NCBI GenBank assembly: GCA_963813715.1 | Contig: CAWFAK010000017.1 | Location: 1,056,001 to 1,120,000 of the forward strand | Source: an uncultured Planctomycetaceae bacterium | GTDB lineage: Bacteria; Planctomycetota; Planctomycetia; Planctomycetales; Planctomycetaceae | Reading direction: 5' to 3' | DNA: 64,000 bases | Shown here: positions 10,797 through 22,100 of the stretch, in pieces | Layout of the letters: each line of letters starts with the position of its first letter | Numbering within the stretch: position 1 is the first letter of the stretch | Notes under the pieces: model-generated | Databases searched by the model: none | Told to the model about the DNA's origin: nothing | What the model saw: only the letters and a program-made list of their open reading frames with translations | Translations under genes and position numbers: made by a program

Positions 10797-10907
10797 CCCC
10801 CTCTCCCGGTCCGCCGGGAGAGGGCCGGGGTGAGGGCGGGATTTAGAAACCGAACCAGCCAAGAAGAGCCCTCACCCTACCCTCTCCCATCGGAATGAGA
10901 GAGGGGA
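10797..10907. repeat. REP-like extragenic palindromic doublet (CCCTCTCCC...GGGAGAGGG / CCCTCACCC type)
   Basis: CCCCTCTCCCGG-TCCG-CCGGGAGAGGG-CCGGGGTGAGGGC, then an inverted partner GCCCTCACCCTACCCTCTCCCAT...ATGAGAGAGGGG. Confidence 0.75.
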
Positions 10908-10938
10908 TAAGCAAACAGATCAGAAAGAGAAAGTCTGG

Positions 10939-11910
10939 ATGCCTTTCCCGCAGTTTGATCGCAGCCGGCTCAAGATCCAGCCGCTGGCGGAACGGACGCA
11001 CGATCTCGATCTCGATAAGATCATCAACGTGCCGCACGGACCGCGCGTGCCCTTCGCGCACAAGGCGATTCCCATCCTGGCCGAGCGGATCGTCCAGGCC
11101 GCGGCAGCCAAACGCGCGATCCTCTTTGCCTGCGGCGCGCACGTGCTGCGGCAAGGGAACGGACCGCTGTTGATCGACTTGATGCAGCGGGGGCTCTTAT
11201 CGCATTTGGCACTCAACGGAGCCGGGGCAATCCACGACTTCGAGCTGGCGATGATCGGCCACACCTGTGAAAGCGTCGCCCGCTACGTCCGCGAAGGTCA
11301 ATTTGGCCTGTGGGACGAGTCGTCGCGGCTCAACGACGCCGTCAATGCCGGCCACCGCGCCGGCCTCGGCTTTGGGGAGGCCGTCGGCAAATACATCGAG
11401 GACCAACAGTTTCCGCACCGGGCGACGAGCGTGCTGGCGGCCGGCTATCGGCTGCGCGTTCCCGTCACCGTGCACGTGTCGATCGGGCAGGACATCGTCC
11501 ACGAACATCCGAATTTCGACGGCGCGGCCACGGGCGCGGCATCGCTTGCCGATTTCTTGATCTATACCGACACGGTCACGCGGCTCGAAGGCGGCGTGTT
11601 TTTGAATCTCGGCACGGCCGTCATGGGGCCGGAGGTTTATCTCAAGGCGCTTGCGATGGCCCGCAACGTGGCCCATCAGGGCAACGAGCGAATCGCCCGC
11701 TTCACGACGGCCGTCTTCGATCTTCCCGAGCTTGGCGAAGACCTGACTCACGAAGCGCCCAAAAACGATCCGCGCTACTACTTCCGGCCGTACAAGACGA
11801 TCCTCGTCCGCACGGTGGCCGACGGCGGCGAAAGTTACTACGTCCAGGGGGATCACAAGGCGACTGTCCCCGCCCTCTACGACGCTATCCTGGAGCGCGT
11901 CAAACCGTGA
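10939..11910 (+). CDS. Deoxyhypusine-synthase-like fold protein of unknown function (GSU2086-type)
   Basis: GAHVLR, ALNGAGAIHDFELA, PVTVHVSIGQDIVH, LNLGTAVMGPEVYLKALAMARN, YVQGDH. Confidence 0.65.
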   Translation: MPFPQFDRSRLKIQPLAERTHDLDLDKIINVPHGPRVPFAHKAIPILAERIVQAAAAKRAILFACGAHVLRQGNGPLLIDLMQRGLLSHLALNGAGAIHDFELAMIGHTCESVARYVREGQFGLWDESSRLNDAVNAGHRAGLGFGEAVGKYIEDQQFPHRATSVLAAGYRLRVPVTVHVSIGQDIVHEHPNFDGAATGAASLADFLIYTDTVTRLEGGVFLNLGTAVMGPEVYLKALAMARNVAHQGNERIARFTTAVFDLPELGEDLTHEAPKNDPRYYFRPYKTILVRTVADGGESYYVQGDHKATVPALYDAILERVKP

Positions 11911-12939
11911 AACGCGACCGCCTGGAAGAGCTGCTCGCCAAATTCCCCTCGCGCCGCGTGGCCGTGCTGGGTGACTTTTTCCTCGACAAGTACCTCGAAG
12001 TCGACCCGCGGCTGGCCGAGACGAGCGTCGAAACGGGCAAACGTGCCAACCAGGTCGTCGAGATTCGCACGAGCCCCGGGGCGGCTGGCACGGTCGTCAA
12101 CAATCTGGCGGCGCTGGGGGCCGGCGAGCTGCATGCTATCGGTGCGACAGGCGACGATGGCGAGGCCTACGATCTCCGCCGCGGCTTGGAGGCGCGGAAC
12201 TGCTCCATCGCCGGCCTGGTTCCCTTTTCGTTCCTGCATACGCCGACCTATCTCAAGCCGCGGGACGTCAACGATCCCAGCCTTGAGGGTGAGCACGAGC
12301 GGTACGACACGAAGAACCGCGCACATGCCGACGGAAGTTTGGCGACGCGTGATCTCCGAATTAGAACAGCTCGTACCGAAAGTGGACGCCGTAATTGTGG
12401 CCGACCAAGTCGAGAATCCGAATAATGGTGTCATCGGTTCCGTCGTCCGCAATGACATCTCACGGCTCGCCCAGCGGTATCCAAACGTCTGTTTCTGGGC
12501 AGACAGTCGGACGCAAATCTGGCAATTTCGCGACGTAATCGTCAAGCCGAACCAGTTCGAAGCGTTCAATCGAGCCAATCCGCGTCCGGGTGATACCGTG
12601 CCGATGGAAAAGTTGCGCGGTGCGGTTGGGCGTTTGCGATTTGAAACCGGTGCCCCCGTATGCTGCACGCTCGGGGCTAATGGGATGCTGGTTAGCGATC
12701 CTGAGTTAACAGTCATCCCGGGCGTGAAACTCACGGGACCCACTGATACGACTGGTGCGGGCGACAGCGCGACAGCCGGCGCCGTGCTCGCATTGGCCGC
12801 CGGAGCTACACTTCCAGAAGCCGCGCTCGTGGGCTGCTTGGTTGCTTCAATAACCGTACAACAACTGGCCACGACCGGCACTGCCACGCCGGCACAGGTC
12901 TTGGATCGACTCGCACTGTGGCAGGAACAACAAGGCTAA
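11907..12939 (+). CDS. PfkB-family sugar kinase resembling the HldE/RfaE kinase domain; frameshift near 12322
   Basis: VAVLGDFFLDKY, PGAAGTVVNNL, VKPNQFE, TLGANG, DTTGAGD; GTG start overlaps the upstream TGA. Confidence 0.85.
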
Positions 12940-12980
12940 AAGATACGAACGACACTTTCCGCGAAGGAACAGGACCGCTC

Positions 12981-13544
12981 ATGTCAGACGAACGCTTTGC
13001 CGTCAACTATCTGACTGACCTCGCCGGGCTGTTGCCCAAGCTCGATACGAAGCGGATCGGCGAGGCGATTACCGCCGTCCGCAAGGTCCGCGACGACAAT
13101 AAGACGATCTACATCTGCGGCAACGGCGGCAGCGCGTCGATCGCCTCGCAGATGGTGGTCGACATGGTCAAGGGGGCCTCGTTCAAGAAGAAGGCCCGCT
13201 TCAAGATGATCGGCCTGACCGACAGCATGGCCACGGTGAGCGCCTACGCCAACGACGAAGGTTACGAGGTCGTGTTCGCCGAGCCCCTCAAGAATTTTGC
13301 CGTGGCCGGCGATCTCTTGATCGCCATCAGTGGCAGCGGCAACAGCCCCAACGTGCTGCGGGCCGTCGAATACGCCAACTCGATCGGCTGCACGACGATG
13401 GGACTGACGACCGGCGAAGGGGGCAAACTTCGCGACCTGGTCAAGCTGCCGTTGTTGGTGCCGTCGCGGCACATGGGGCGGCTGGAAGACTCTTTCTTCA
13501 TCCTCACGCATATCATTTGCTATGCGTTCATGGAAGCGGATTGA
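12981..13544 (+). CDS. SIS-domain sugar-phosphate isomerase, GmhA-like
   Basis: CGNGGSAS, SAYANDEGYE, ISGSGNSPNV, EDxxxILTH. Confidence 0.85.
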   Translation: MSDERFAVNYLTDLAGLLPKLDTKRIGEAITAVRKVRDDNKTIYICGNGGSASIASQMVVDMVKGASFKKKARFKMIGLTDSMATVSAYANDEGYEVVFAEPLKNFAVAGDLLIAISGSGNSPNVLRAVEYANSIGCTTMGLTTGEGGKLRDLVKLPLLVPSRHMGRLEDSFFILTHIICYAFMEAD

Positions 13545-13548
13545 CAGC

Positions 13549-14958
13549 GTGAGTGCGGCCCGAGTGCCAGCCAATCGGTCCTTGTCACTGTTGCTAGCGG
13601 CCGTGGCTGTTTGTCTCGGCGCGACGCACCTCTCCGCGCAAACGTCCGGAGCGAAAGCAGCTCTGCCGGCCCTTGCCGGAGAGCCCGATTATCGAAGCCC
13701 CGACCAGCGGCCGCAGCACGACGACGCCCACTTGAGCACGCTGGGCATCGCATCGATCCAGTCGAAGCGGCTCAAGCTCTACTCCGACGGCCCGCTCGAT
13801 CGCCTTAAATCGATCGGCCCGGCTGTCGATGCGCTCTACGACGCGCTTGTCGAATACTTCGGTCCGCTGCCGCCGGCCCGGGACAAATCCGAATTCGCCG
13901 TCACGGGCTACCTGATGACCGATAAGTCTCGCTTTCGCAACGCGGGACTCTTGCCCGAGGAGTTGCCGCCGTTTTTGAACGGCCGCCACCGCGGCCTGGA
14001 ATTCTGGGTGAACGAGCAGGAGACCGACTACTATCGCCGCCATCTGATCCTGCACGAATTCACGCACTGTTTCATGTACGCGCCGGAAGGCGTGGAGATG
14101 CCCGTCTGGTACTCGGAAGGGATGGCCGAGCTCTTCGGGACGCACACCGTCGACGCGGCCGGCCATTACCAGTTCCGCGTGATGCCGGATCGGAACGAGA
14201 ACTTTCGCGGCCACGGCCGCATCCCGCTCATCCGCAGCGAAATCGCCGCCAATCATTGGAAGTCGCTCCGCGACGTCACTCGCATCACCGCCCAGGATTT
14301 TCTGCAGACGCCGGCCTATGCTTGGTCGTGGGCCTTGTGTGCGCTGCTCGACGGGAATCCGCGATACTCGTCCAAATTCCGCCAACTGAGCCATCACCGG
14401 GGCTACGGCCAGTTTGCCGCCGCGTTTCGCGAACTCTTCGGCGACTCGCTAGACGAACTGCGAACCGAGCGGTCCCTGTTCTCGCACGAGCTGCAATACG
14501 GTTTCGACCTCAAGCGGGCGGCGATCGACTTCAAGCCGGGCAAGCCCCTGGTGCCGAATGATCCGAGCTGGCCGATCGACGTGGCGGCCGACCGCGGCTG
14601 GCAATCGAGCGGCGTCCTCGTCCGCGCGGGGGCCGAATACGAAATCACGGCCACCGGCGAAGTCACGCTGGGCACGAGCCCCAAACCGTGGATCAGTCAG
14701 CCGCCCGGCGTGAGCATCGTCTATTCGGAAGGCCATCCGATCGGCCTGCTGTTGGCCGCCGTTCATCGCGAATCCCCGGCGACTGATCCCGCGACCGAAG
14801 AATCGATGCTCCGCCAGATCGCGGTTGGCCGAGGCGTGCGATTCACGCCGTCGGTCGGCGGCACGCTCTACTTCCGCATCAACGACCACTGGAATTCGCT
14901 CGCCGATAACGACGGCCACTACCGCGTGACCGTTCGCGAGCTGTCCGCTCCCAAGTGA
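13549..14958 (+). CDS. Secreted DUF1570-like zinc-peptidase-type protein with a C-terminal LecA/PA-IL-like beta-sandwich
   Basis: Signal peptide, LHEFTH (HExxH) followed by PVWYSEGMAE, YAWSWAL; C-terminal VAADRGWQSSGV...GTLYFRIND. Confidence 0.6.
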   Translation: MSAARVPANRSLSLLLAAVAVCLGATHLSAQTSGAKAALPALAGEPDYRSPDQRPQHDDAHLSTLGIASIQSKRLKLYSDGPLDRLKSIGPAVDALYDALVEYFGPLPPARDKSEFAVTGYLMTDKSRFRNAGLLPEELPPFLNGRHRGLEFWVNEQETDYYRRHLILHEFTHCFMYAPEGVEMPVWYSEGMAELFGTHTVDAAGHYQFRVMPDRNENFRGHGRIPLIRSEIAANHWKSLRDVTRITAQDFLQTPAYAWSWALCALLDGNPRYSSKFRQLSHHRGYGQFAAAFRELFGDSLDELRTERSLFSHELQYGFDLKRAAIDFKPGKPLVPNDPSWPIDVAADRGWQSSGVLVRAGAEYEITATGEVTLGTSPKPWISQPPGVSIVYSEGHPIGLLLAAVHRESPATDPATEESMLRQIAVGRGVRFTPSVGGTLYFRINDHWNSLADNDGHYRVTVRELSAPK

Positions 14959-15020
14959 TCGCGCCGGCAAGCCGTCAGACAGTGTGTGTCACGGTTTCAG
15001 CAAGAGGGGCAAAAAGTCGC

Positions 15021-17470
15021 CTATTTGATCTTGCCCGCGTAGGACAGATCCTGCAGCAGGGCATAACGGATCACGTTGAAGGCGATGCGGACGGCGTCGC
15101 CGTGTTCGTAGCCCGCGCAGGACACCGAGGCCTGCCGCTCGAGCGCGCAGCTCAGGTCGTACTTGCTATAGATGACACAGTACCGGCCATTGAGTTCGAT
15201 GCCTTCCAGAAACGGCTCGCCTTCCTTGAAAGTCGAATCGAGCGGGCCGTTCGGGTTGCCGTTCTGTGGAATGCGGCGTTTCACCCGCTGGATGGGAAAG
15301 CCGATGCCCGCCGTAAAGAGTTCGTGCGTCACCGGAATTCGTTCGAGTTTCTTGTCCGGATAGAGCTGATGGACCATCTCGCGAAAGCTTTTGTCGAACT
15401 GGGGCGAACCGCAGCACGAGTCGGCAAACAGCACCGCCCCGTTCTGCAGGTACTTGCGCATGTTCTGGATTTCTTGCGGCCCGAACTCGAACGTGGCCCG
15501 GCCGTGCATGTAGGCGAGCGGATAACGGCGGAGCTGCGGATCGCTGGGGACGAGATTTTTCTGCCGCGTCGAGGCCAGGACGCCCGACTTCTGGTTGAGG
15601 GCCATCAGGACGTTGTGGAGGGCCCGCGGCGCCGCGTCCCAGTCCCCCATGTGCCGCAGCTTGGCGACTTGGAGCAAACCCCGCTCGATGTGGTCCTGCG
15701 GCCCCGCCACCTGCTCCTGCGGGGCATCGAGCTTGTCGTAGGGCTCGCGGCCCGTCGCGTACGCCACGACGTTCGCCCCCACCTTCATCGAATGCAGCAC
15801 GAGCAGGTTGAAGACCGCCGTCCGCTTGGGGACCGGCTGGAGCGACCACTTGTCCCACAGGCACGAGTGATCGCGAGGGGAATAGACAAACGAAGTGCGG
15901 CACCCAAAATCGACGCCCAACAGCTCCGTCCCCTCCGGATCGAGCGGAAACTCGGAGCGATAAATCGGATGCTCGGGCGGCAGCCGCTTGAGCTGAGCTT
16001 CCCCCGGGTAAATCCGCGACACCAGATTCTTGATCCCCTCGTCGAAGCCCGCGCCGTTGCAGTTGTTGACGGCGAAAATGAAGCCCCCCTGCTCGACGTA
16101 GGCCCGCAGCAATTGCACCTGGGCCTCGGTAAATTTCGGCTCTTCCAAGCCGCCAATGTAGAGGATCGGCGCCTGCAGCAAATCGCGGACGCTGCCGTTG
16201 GCCACCACCTTGTCGAGGTCCAGCTCCTGATAGGTCAGCAGCTTGGGCCACTTCGGCAGGCCGCTGACATACTCGGTCAGATTGCGGGCGTCGTTGGGAT
16301 GCAGATTCCAGTTGGGCAGCGCGTCGTCGTCCCGCCGGCACCCGGCTGCGAGTCATAGTTCAGCTTGTTGATCAAAACCGGCGCGAGGCCCTTCGACAGG
16401 AACAACAAAGCAAAGCTCGACGCGACGACGCGATCCGACTCGACGGACGTAAACGTCGCGTTCCAGCTCCCCTGCACGCGCGACTGCCCCTCGATCAGGT
16501 AGCTGGCCCCTTCGCGGTACCAGTCGTGATTGCCGAAGAAGCGCTGGCCCGAGAGCCGGCCGGCCCGCTCGACGCCGTATAGGTAATACAGGACCCAGCT
16601 GGCACCGTGCCCGGGATTCACGCCGACGGCGAAATAATGCTCGAACCATTCGACCGCGCGCCGTAGCGCCGCAGTCGACCGCGGGGCCTTGTTGCAGCAT
16701 TTGGGCGTGCCGTCGGCGTTCGTGTCCTCCTCGGATGAGCCGAGCATTTGCTCGCAGATCACCAGGCACCCCATGCCCGAGCAGGTCATACTGCCTGTGC
16801 TGGGATCCAAGTTGTGATAACCCCAACCGCCGTCCCCGTTCTGATACTCGATGAAATGCTTGAGAGTCAGCTCCCAGGTCTTGCGGCGGATCTTGACGCC
16901 GGCAATCGCCGCCTCGCGAAGTCCCAGGATGGCGAATTGCGTGTTACTGTTGTCTTCGCTGCCGCCGCCGAATTGGCCGTGCCCGTAGTTCCACATGCCA
17001 GCGAGCGGTGCTCGGGTCGTCTGAATGCTCTCCAGTCGCTCGGCCAGCATGGCGATCCGCAACTTATCGCGGTCCCAGTCCTTGGCAGCGACGAGGGCCA
17101 TCAACACCAGCGAGGTTTCGTACGTTCCGCCCGGATCGTGAAAGCTCCGGAGATAACCCAGCGCCGGGTGATCACCGGATCGTTGGGGGCGACTCCCGAG
17201 TTGAGCAGGGCCAGCGTGGCGAGCGCCGTCGGTCCGACGGGATACGCGCCTCGGGCGAGGCCTCCGTTGCCGAACGAGCCGTTCTCGTTCTGGGTGGTCG
17301 CCATATAGGCCGTGCCGCGGGCGATCGACGTCTTGACCATCTCCGCGGTCAGCTCGGGCCAGCGCCCCTGCGCCTGACCCCAGGCGGCGCCCGACTCCAC
17401 CGCAGGCGACACCCGCGACGGCCAGTGCGACGGCCATCGCTCGAGCGACCGGCCGGACGCCGTGTGACAT
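15021..17470 (-). CDS. Prenyltransferase/squalene-cyclase-like repeat protein with DUF4159 domains; about three frameshifts (near 17400, 17165, 16340)
   Basis: QNENGSF, DNSNTQFAILGLREA, QNGDGGWGY, YYLYGVERAGRL, DWYREGA; two DUF4159-type units (LQAPILYIGG; YPLAYMHG...LFADSCCGS...YSKYDLSC). Confidence 0.8.
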
Positions 17471-17681
17471 CTCTTTCGTTCCTGAGTGCTGGCGGTCGAA
17501 CGTGCTGGCGTGCAAAGGACGCCTCAATTCTACCCGACCTCTGAAGCCGGGCAAACGGCCTATGTTCTGCGTCCATCTCATCGACGCGTGGCCGACGGAG
17601 AGGATTGATGCTGACCGATGTCCCCCCTAGAATCGGCAAGCCGAAGAATTCCGCCTCAAACTTCGAGGAAATTCGCCCACC

Positions 17682-18704
17682 GTGGCTCCCGAAAAACGCG
17701 ACTTCGACGACTTTCTTGATCGGTTCAAGCGGCACCACGACCTGATGGTCGAAGAGCTGCACAAGGTGATCATCGGGCAGGACGCCGTCATCGATCAAAT
17801 CCTGGCGGCGATCTTTACGGGCGGCCATTGCCTGCTGGTGGGCGTGCCGGGGCTGGCCAAAACGCTCGTGGTCAGCACGATCGCCCAAATTCTCGACGCC
17901 CAGTTCAAGCGGATTCAGTTCACCCCCGACCTGATGCCCTCGGACATCACCGGAACAAACGTGCTGGAAGAAGGAGACGGCGGCAAGCGCGAGTTTCGTT
18001 TCGTGCAGGGGCCGGTCTTCACCAACATTCTGCTCGCCGACGAGATCAACCGCACGCCGCCCAAAACGCAGGCGGCCCTCCTGCAGTCGATGCAGGAGCA
18101 CGAAGTGACGGCCGGCAAGCAAACCTACGCCCTGCCCGAGCCGTTCTTCGTCATCGCCACGCAGAACCCGATCGAGCAGGAAGGGACTTATCCGCTGCCC
18201 GAAGCCCAGCTCGACCGGTTCATGTTCAACATCAAGGTCGACTACCCGACTCTCGAGCACGAAGAAGAGATCCTCTCGCGCACAACCGGCATGGAGAAAC
18301 CCGAGGTCCGCAAGGTCCTCTCGTCGAAGTCGATCCTGTTCCTGCAAAAGCAGATCGGCCAGATCGAAGCGACGCCGCTGACCATCAATTACGTGGCGCG
18401 CCTGGTCCGAGCGACGCGACCTTCCGATCCGTCTTCGCCGAAATTCGTGCGAGAGATGATCGACTGGGGCGGCGGGCCGCGGGCCGGGCAATACCTGATC
18501 GCCGGGGCCAAGGCGGTTGCCGCCATGGACGGCCGTCCCAGCGTCTCGCTCGACGACGTCCGCAAGGTGGCCGTCCCGGTGCTGCGGCACCGGATCTCGA
18601 CCAACTTCCAGTCGCAGGCGGAAGGCATGACGCCCGAAGACATCATCAATCGCCTGATCAAAGAAGTCCCCGAGCCGACGATCGACAAGTACGACAAACG
18701 ATGA
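17682..18704 (+). CDS. MoxR-family AAA+ ATPase
   Basis: GVPGLAKT, RIQFTPDLMPSDI, LLADEINRTPPKTQAALL, ATQNPIEQEGTYPLPEAQLDRF. Confidence 0.95.
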   Translation: MAPEKRDFDDFLDRFKRHHDLMVEELHKVIIGQDAVIDQILAAIFTGGHCLLVGVPGLAKTLVVSTIAQILDAQFKRIQFTPDLMPSDITGTNVLEEGDGGKREFRFVQGPVFTNILLADEINRTPPKTQAALLQSMQEHEVTAGKQTYALPEPFFVIATQNPIEQEGTYPLPEAQLDRFMFNIKVDYPTLEHEEEILSRTTGMEKPEVRKVLSSKSILFLQKQIGQIEATPLTINYVARLVRATRPSDPSSPKFVREMIDWGGGPRAGQYLIAGAKAVAAMDGRPSVSLDDVRKVAVPVLRHRISTNFQSQAEGMTPEDIINRLIKEVPEPTIDKYDKR

Positions 18705-18970
18705 GCGGGTTCGCCGAACCCGTGCTGGCCGCCAGCCGGCCTGTCCCCGACTCCCTCCTCGCCCCCGCCGCTTCGCCCCAGCCATCACCCCCCGCCCGTT
18801 CCTGATGGGGATGCACCGCCACGACGAGATGTGCGCAACCACAGAAGCGGAGCACGTTGTCAAAACGCTTGCCAACCCCAAACGCCAAACTCTCGTTCTA
18901 CGACGGCACCCACAAAATCGGCCCGGCGTTTGTGCCGGAGGCGGTGGCGTGGTTGAAGAAGAATTTGTAA
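18701..18970 (+). pseudogene. Relic of an alpha/beta-hydrolase gene (start and C-terminal end retained, middle missing)
   Basis: ATG overlaps the moxR stop (MSGFAEPVLAA...); downstream frames give ...HRHDEMCATTEAEHVVKTL and PNAKLSFYDGTHKIGPAFVPEAVAWLKKNL-stop, resembling the Asp/His end of an esterase. Confidence 0.45.
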
Positions 18971-19183
18971 GGCGCGGCTCCATCGGCTCCCCGGAACGGG
19001 ATTGCTCCCCGCAGGCCGCGTTCTTTCCCAGCGGCTTTTCCAAGTTCTATCGACAAGCGGCCGCGTTATATTGGGGAGACTGAACGGCCGTCGATTGCCG
19101 TGAATCGCGGCGCGCGATCTTGGCAAACGGCAACCAACACTATCGGACGAAAGTGTTGATCTCGATCAAGTCCGGAGGCTGCG

Positions 19184-22100
19184 ATGGGGATCGAGTTTAC
19201 TTGCAGCGCGGGCCACAAAATCCGCGTTGCCGACGAACTGGCTGGGAAGACGGTGCGTTGCCCCAAGTGCTCGGAGCGGATCGCGGTCCCGCGAATTGGA
19301 CGCAACCCGATCGAAGCTTCCACGTCCGACGTGCAACTGATCGAGCCTCCCGCGCGAAGCCCCGCGAAGAGCTCGCGGAAAGTCCCGCCTGCCGAATCGC
19401 GGGCGTCGACCGGTCCGGCACCGTCCACGCATCCGAGTCGCTCCCGTGACTCAGGCCGCCACGAACCGCCCCCTATCCCGTCCAAAGCGTCCGCGTCGAA
19501 ACGGATCTGGTTCCTCGTCGCCGGATTCGGGGCTGCGGCTCTCCTGCTGGTCACGGTCGGGATGTTTGTTGCCTTAAAGTTCTTGGCGCCGAAAGGTGCC
19601 GCCCAACAGTCGGTCGCGCAAAACGCCAACGCGCCGGGCGAGTCGCCACAAAAGGCCGGAGCCGGCTCAAAGCAGGTCGCGGCGGACAAAGGCGACGCGG
19701 CAGCGCCCGCCAAGGCAGCGCCCGCAATCGCCAACGCGAATGGCGAAAAGCCGGACGCGGAAGACCCCACGCCCGCGGCAGCTCCTCAGGGCGCACGGAG
19801 TCGCGAGACTCTCCCGCTGCCCGCTCCCATCCAGCAGCTCGTCGTGGGCGGATCGGGGAACTATCTCGTCGCGGCACTCCCCGGCATCAAGCAAGTGGCC
19901 ATCGTCGACGTCGCGGCCAAAAAAATCTCGAAGCTCGTCCCGGTCGAGGATAGCGATCCGTTGCTTGCCGCCGGCGAGACCAAGTTCGTCGTCCTCGAGC
20001 GCGGGCAGGGAATCCTCAGCCGTTACGACTTGAAGACCGGCGCGCGCGAGGCAACCGAACCGTGCGAGTCTCACGCCGCCATCGCCATGGGATCGTCCTC
20101 CGAAGGGCCCATCATGGCGGCCGGAATGACGACCGAACTGATCGACCTCAAAACGCTCAAAACGACCATCACGCGGCCCAACGACAACCTGCGGAGTGCA
20201 TCGGTCAGCCTGCTTGCCTCGCCCGACAGCAAGGTCTTCGGCGCGTGCCGGTTGAACACGTCGCCTACGGGCATCTTTGTTTTCGAGATCAACGGAGACG
20301 ACCTCCAATCGACGTACTTGCATACCACTCAACGGGCCGTCATTCCGAGTGCCGATGGGAAAACGATCTTTTCCGGACCGATGCGCTACGACTTGAAGTG
20401 CCACCCTCTGCCCGGCCAGCCGCGCCCCAATTCGTCGATCCTGCTCCTGCCGGCGGCCACGGGACAGCTTTATATGTCGTGGACCGTGCCCGGGTACGCC
20501 GCCCGGAGAACGACCAGTCGCTCGCGCAGAGGCTCCGCTCCCGCCAACGGCTCCCCGCCGACTCGCGATCCTGGCCTGCTCACAATTCAATCTGCCAGCG
20601 ACAACACGCCTCTCGTGGACGTGAAGGACGTGGTTCTGCCCGATTTCGATCAGTTCGTCGACCACGTCCATCCTAAGTTGCCCAACGAGCGACGCCTGTT
20701 CTGGCTGCCGATTGTCGACGCTCTGGTTACGGTCCCCTCCGGCTACGAACAGCTTGTGATCCAGCATTTCAATGTTAAGGAAGAACTCGACAACAGCGGC
20801 GTCGACTATTTCCGCGTCGCCTCGTCTCCGCCGCACCTCTTAGAACGCGGGAAGAAGCTGACCTACGCAATCGATGTCCTCTCGAAGAGCGGCAAGGTGC
20901 AATACGCCCTCGAGAACGGCCCGCCGGGAGCGAAAGTTTCACCGGAAGGCGAATTGACCTGGGACGTCCCCAACGACTTCGGGCCCCACGATGCAGTGCT
21001 GCTCGTCAAATTGACCGATGGCTCCGGCCGAGAGCTGATCCATGCCGTCAAGTTGTCCGACGCCGAACCAACTCCCCTACCGACACCCGTACAGGCGCCG
21101 CCGGTCGTCGTGGAACGCAGAGCGTTCCAGGACCCTGTAAGACGCCTCCCGATAGCCCCTCCGCCCAACGGCCCCATCGGGTCGACAGTCCCCAATCGCT
21201 TCGTCGGCCCCGTCACTGCGTTTCCCAAGAACGCGGGCACGAACTGCTGGCATTGGACCGGAGGACTGGCCTTTCCCGTTCGCACGGAGAAAGGCGGTTT
21301 CGGCGGCATCGTGCTGAGCGAAAAACTCTACCTGCTCAAAGAGAACGGCGCGATGTCGACCGAGCCGGTCACGCTGCCGTCCGATTATTTGCACACGGGC
21401 CTGCGCCAAACAGCATCATCGGCGTGGCCATCAATCCCACCCGCGTCGAGATTTGCGACCGTCACGGCAAGCTGTTGCGAAAGATTTCGCTGGAGAATGT
21501 CAGCCCCGCTGGACCTGGCACTGCATCCCACGAAACCGATTTGCTACGTCGGCCTCGATCGCAGCATCCCGCCGATGCGCGGCGCGTTTGTCGTCGTCGA
21601 CGAACAGGCCGGCAACGTGACCTCCGGAGACGAAGACCTCGGGCAGAACGTAGTCGTCGATCCGTCCGGCCGTTTTCTCGTGAGCACGTACGTGCATCGC
21701 GTGCACGTCGGTGACCAGATCGTCGTCACGCAATCGCCCGGCGGTGCGGGCCGCTTCCGCGGGCGACGGCCCGGCGGCGCGGTTCCGCCTCCGCGTGTCG
21801 GCGTGCTGCACACCTTTTCTCATATCGCGGTGATGGTGGTGTACGACTTGGACTCCCCCCTGCAGCCGGAGTTCCACGCCTTCACACCGTTCACATCAGT
21901 TCCCGGACCGCTACGGATCTCGTCCGACGGCCGCCGCGCAACGGCGCAGCGCGCTCACGGACCGAATCGGGGTTTTCTCCGCTTCGCAATCCCCTCGATT
22001 TCAAGGCCGCCGCGACCAACTATGAATTGACGTCCTCGACGGGCACCAGTCGCGGCTCGGACGTCGCCTTCCATCCCACGCTGCCCTTAAGCGCCGTCGT

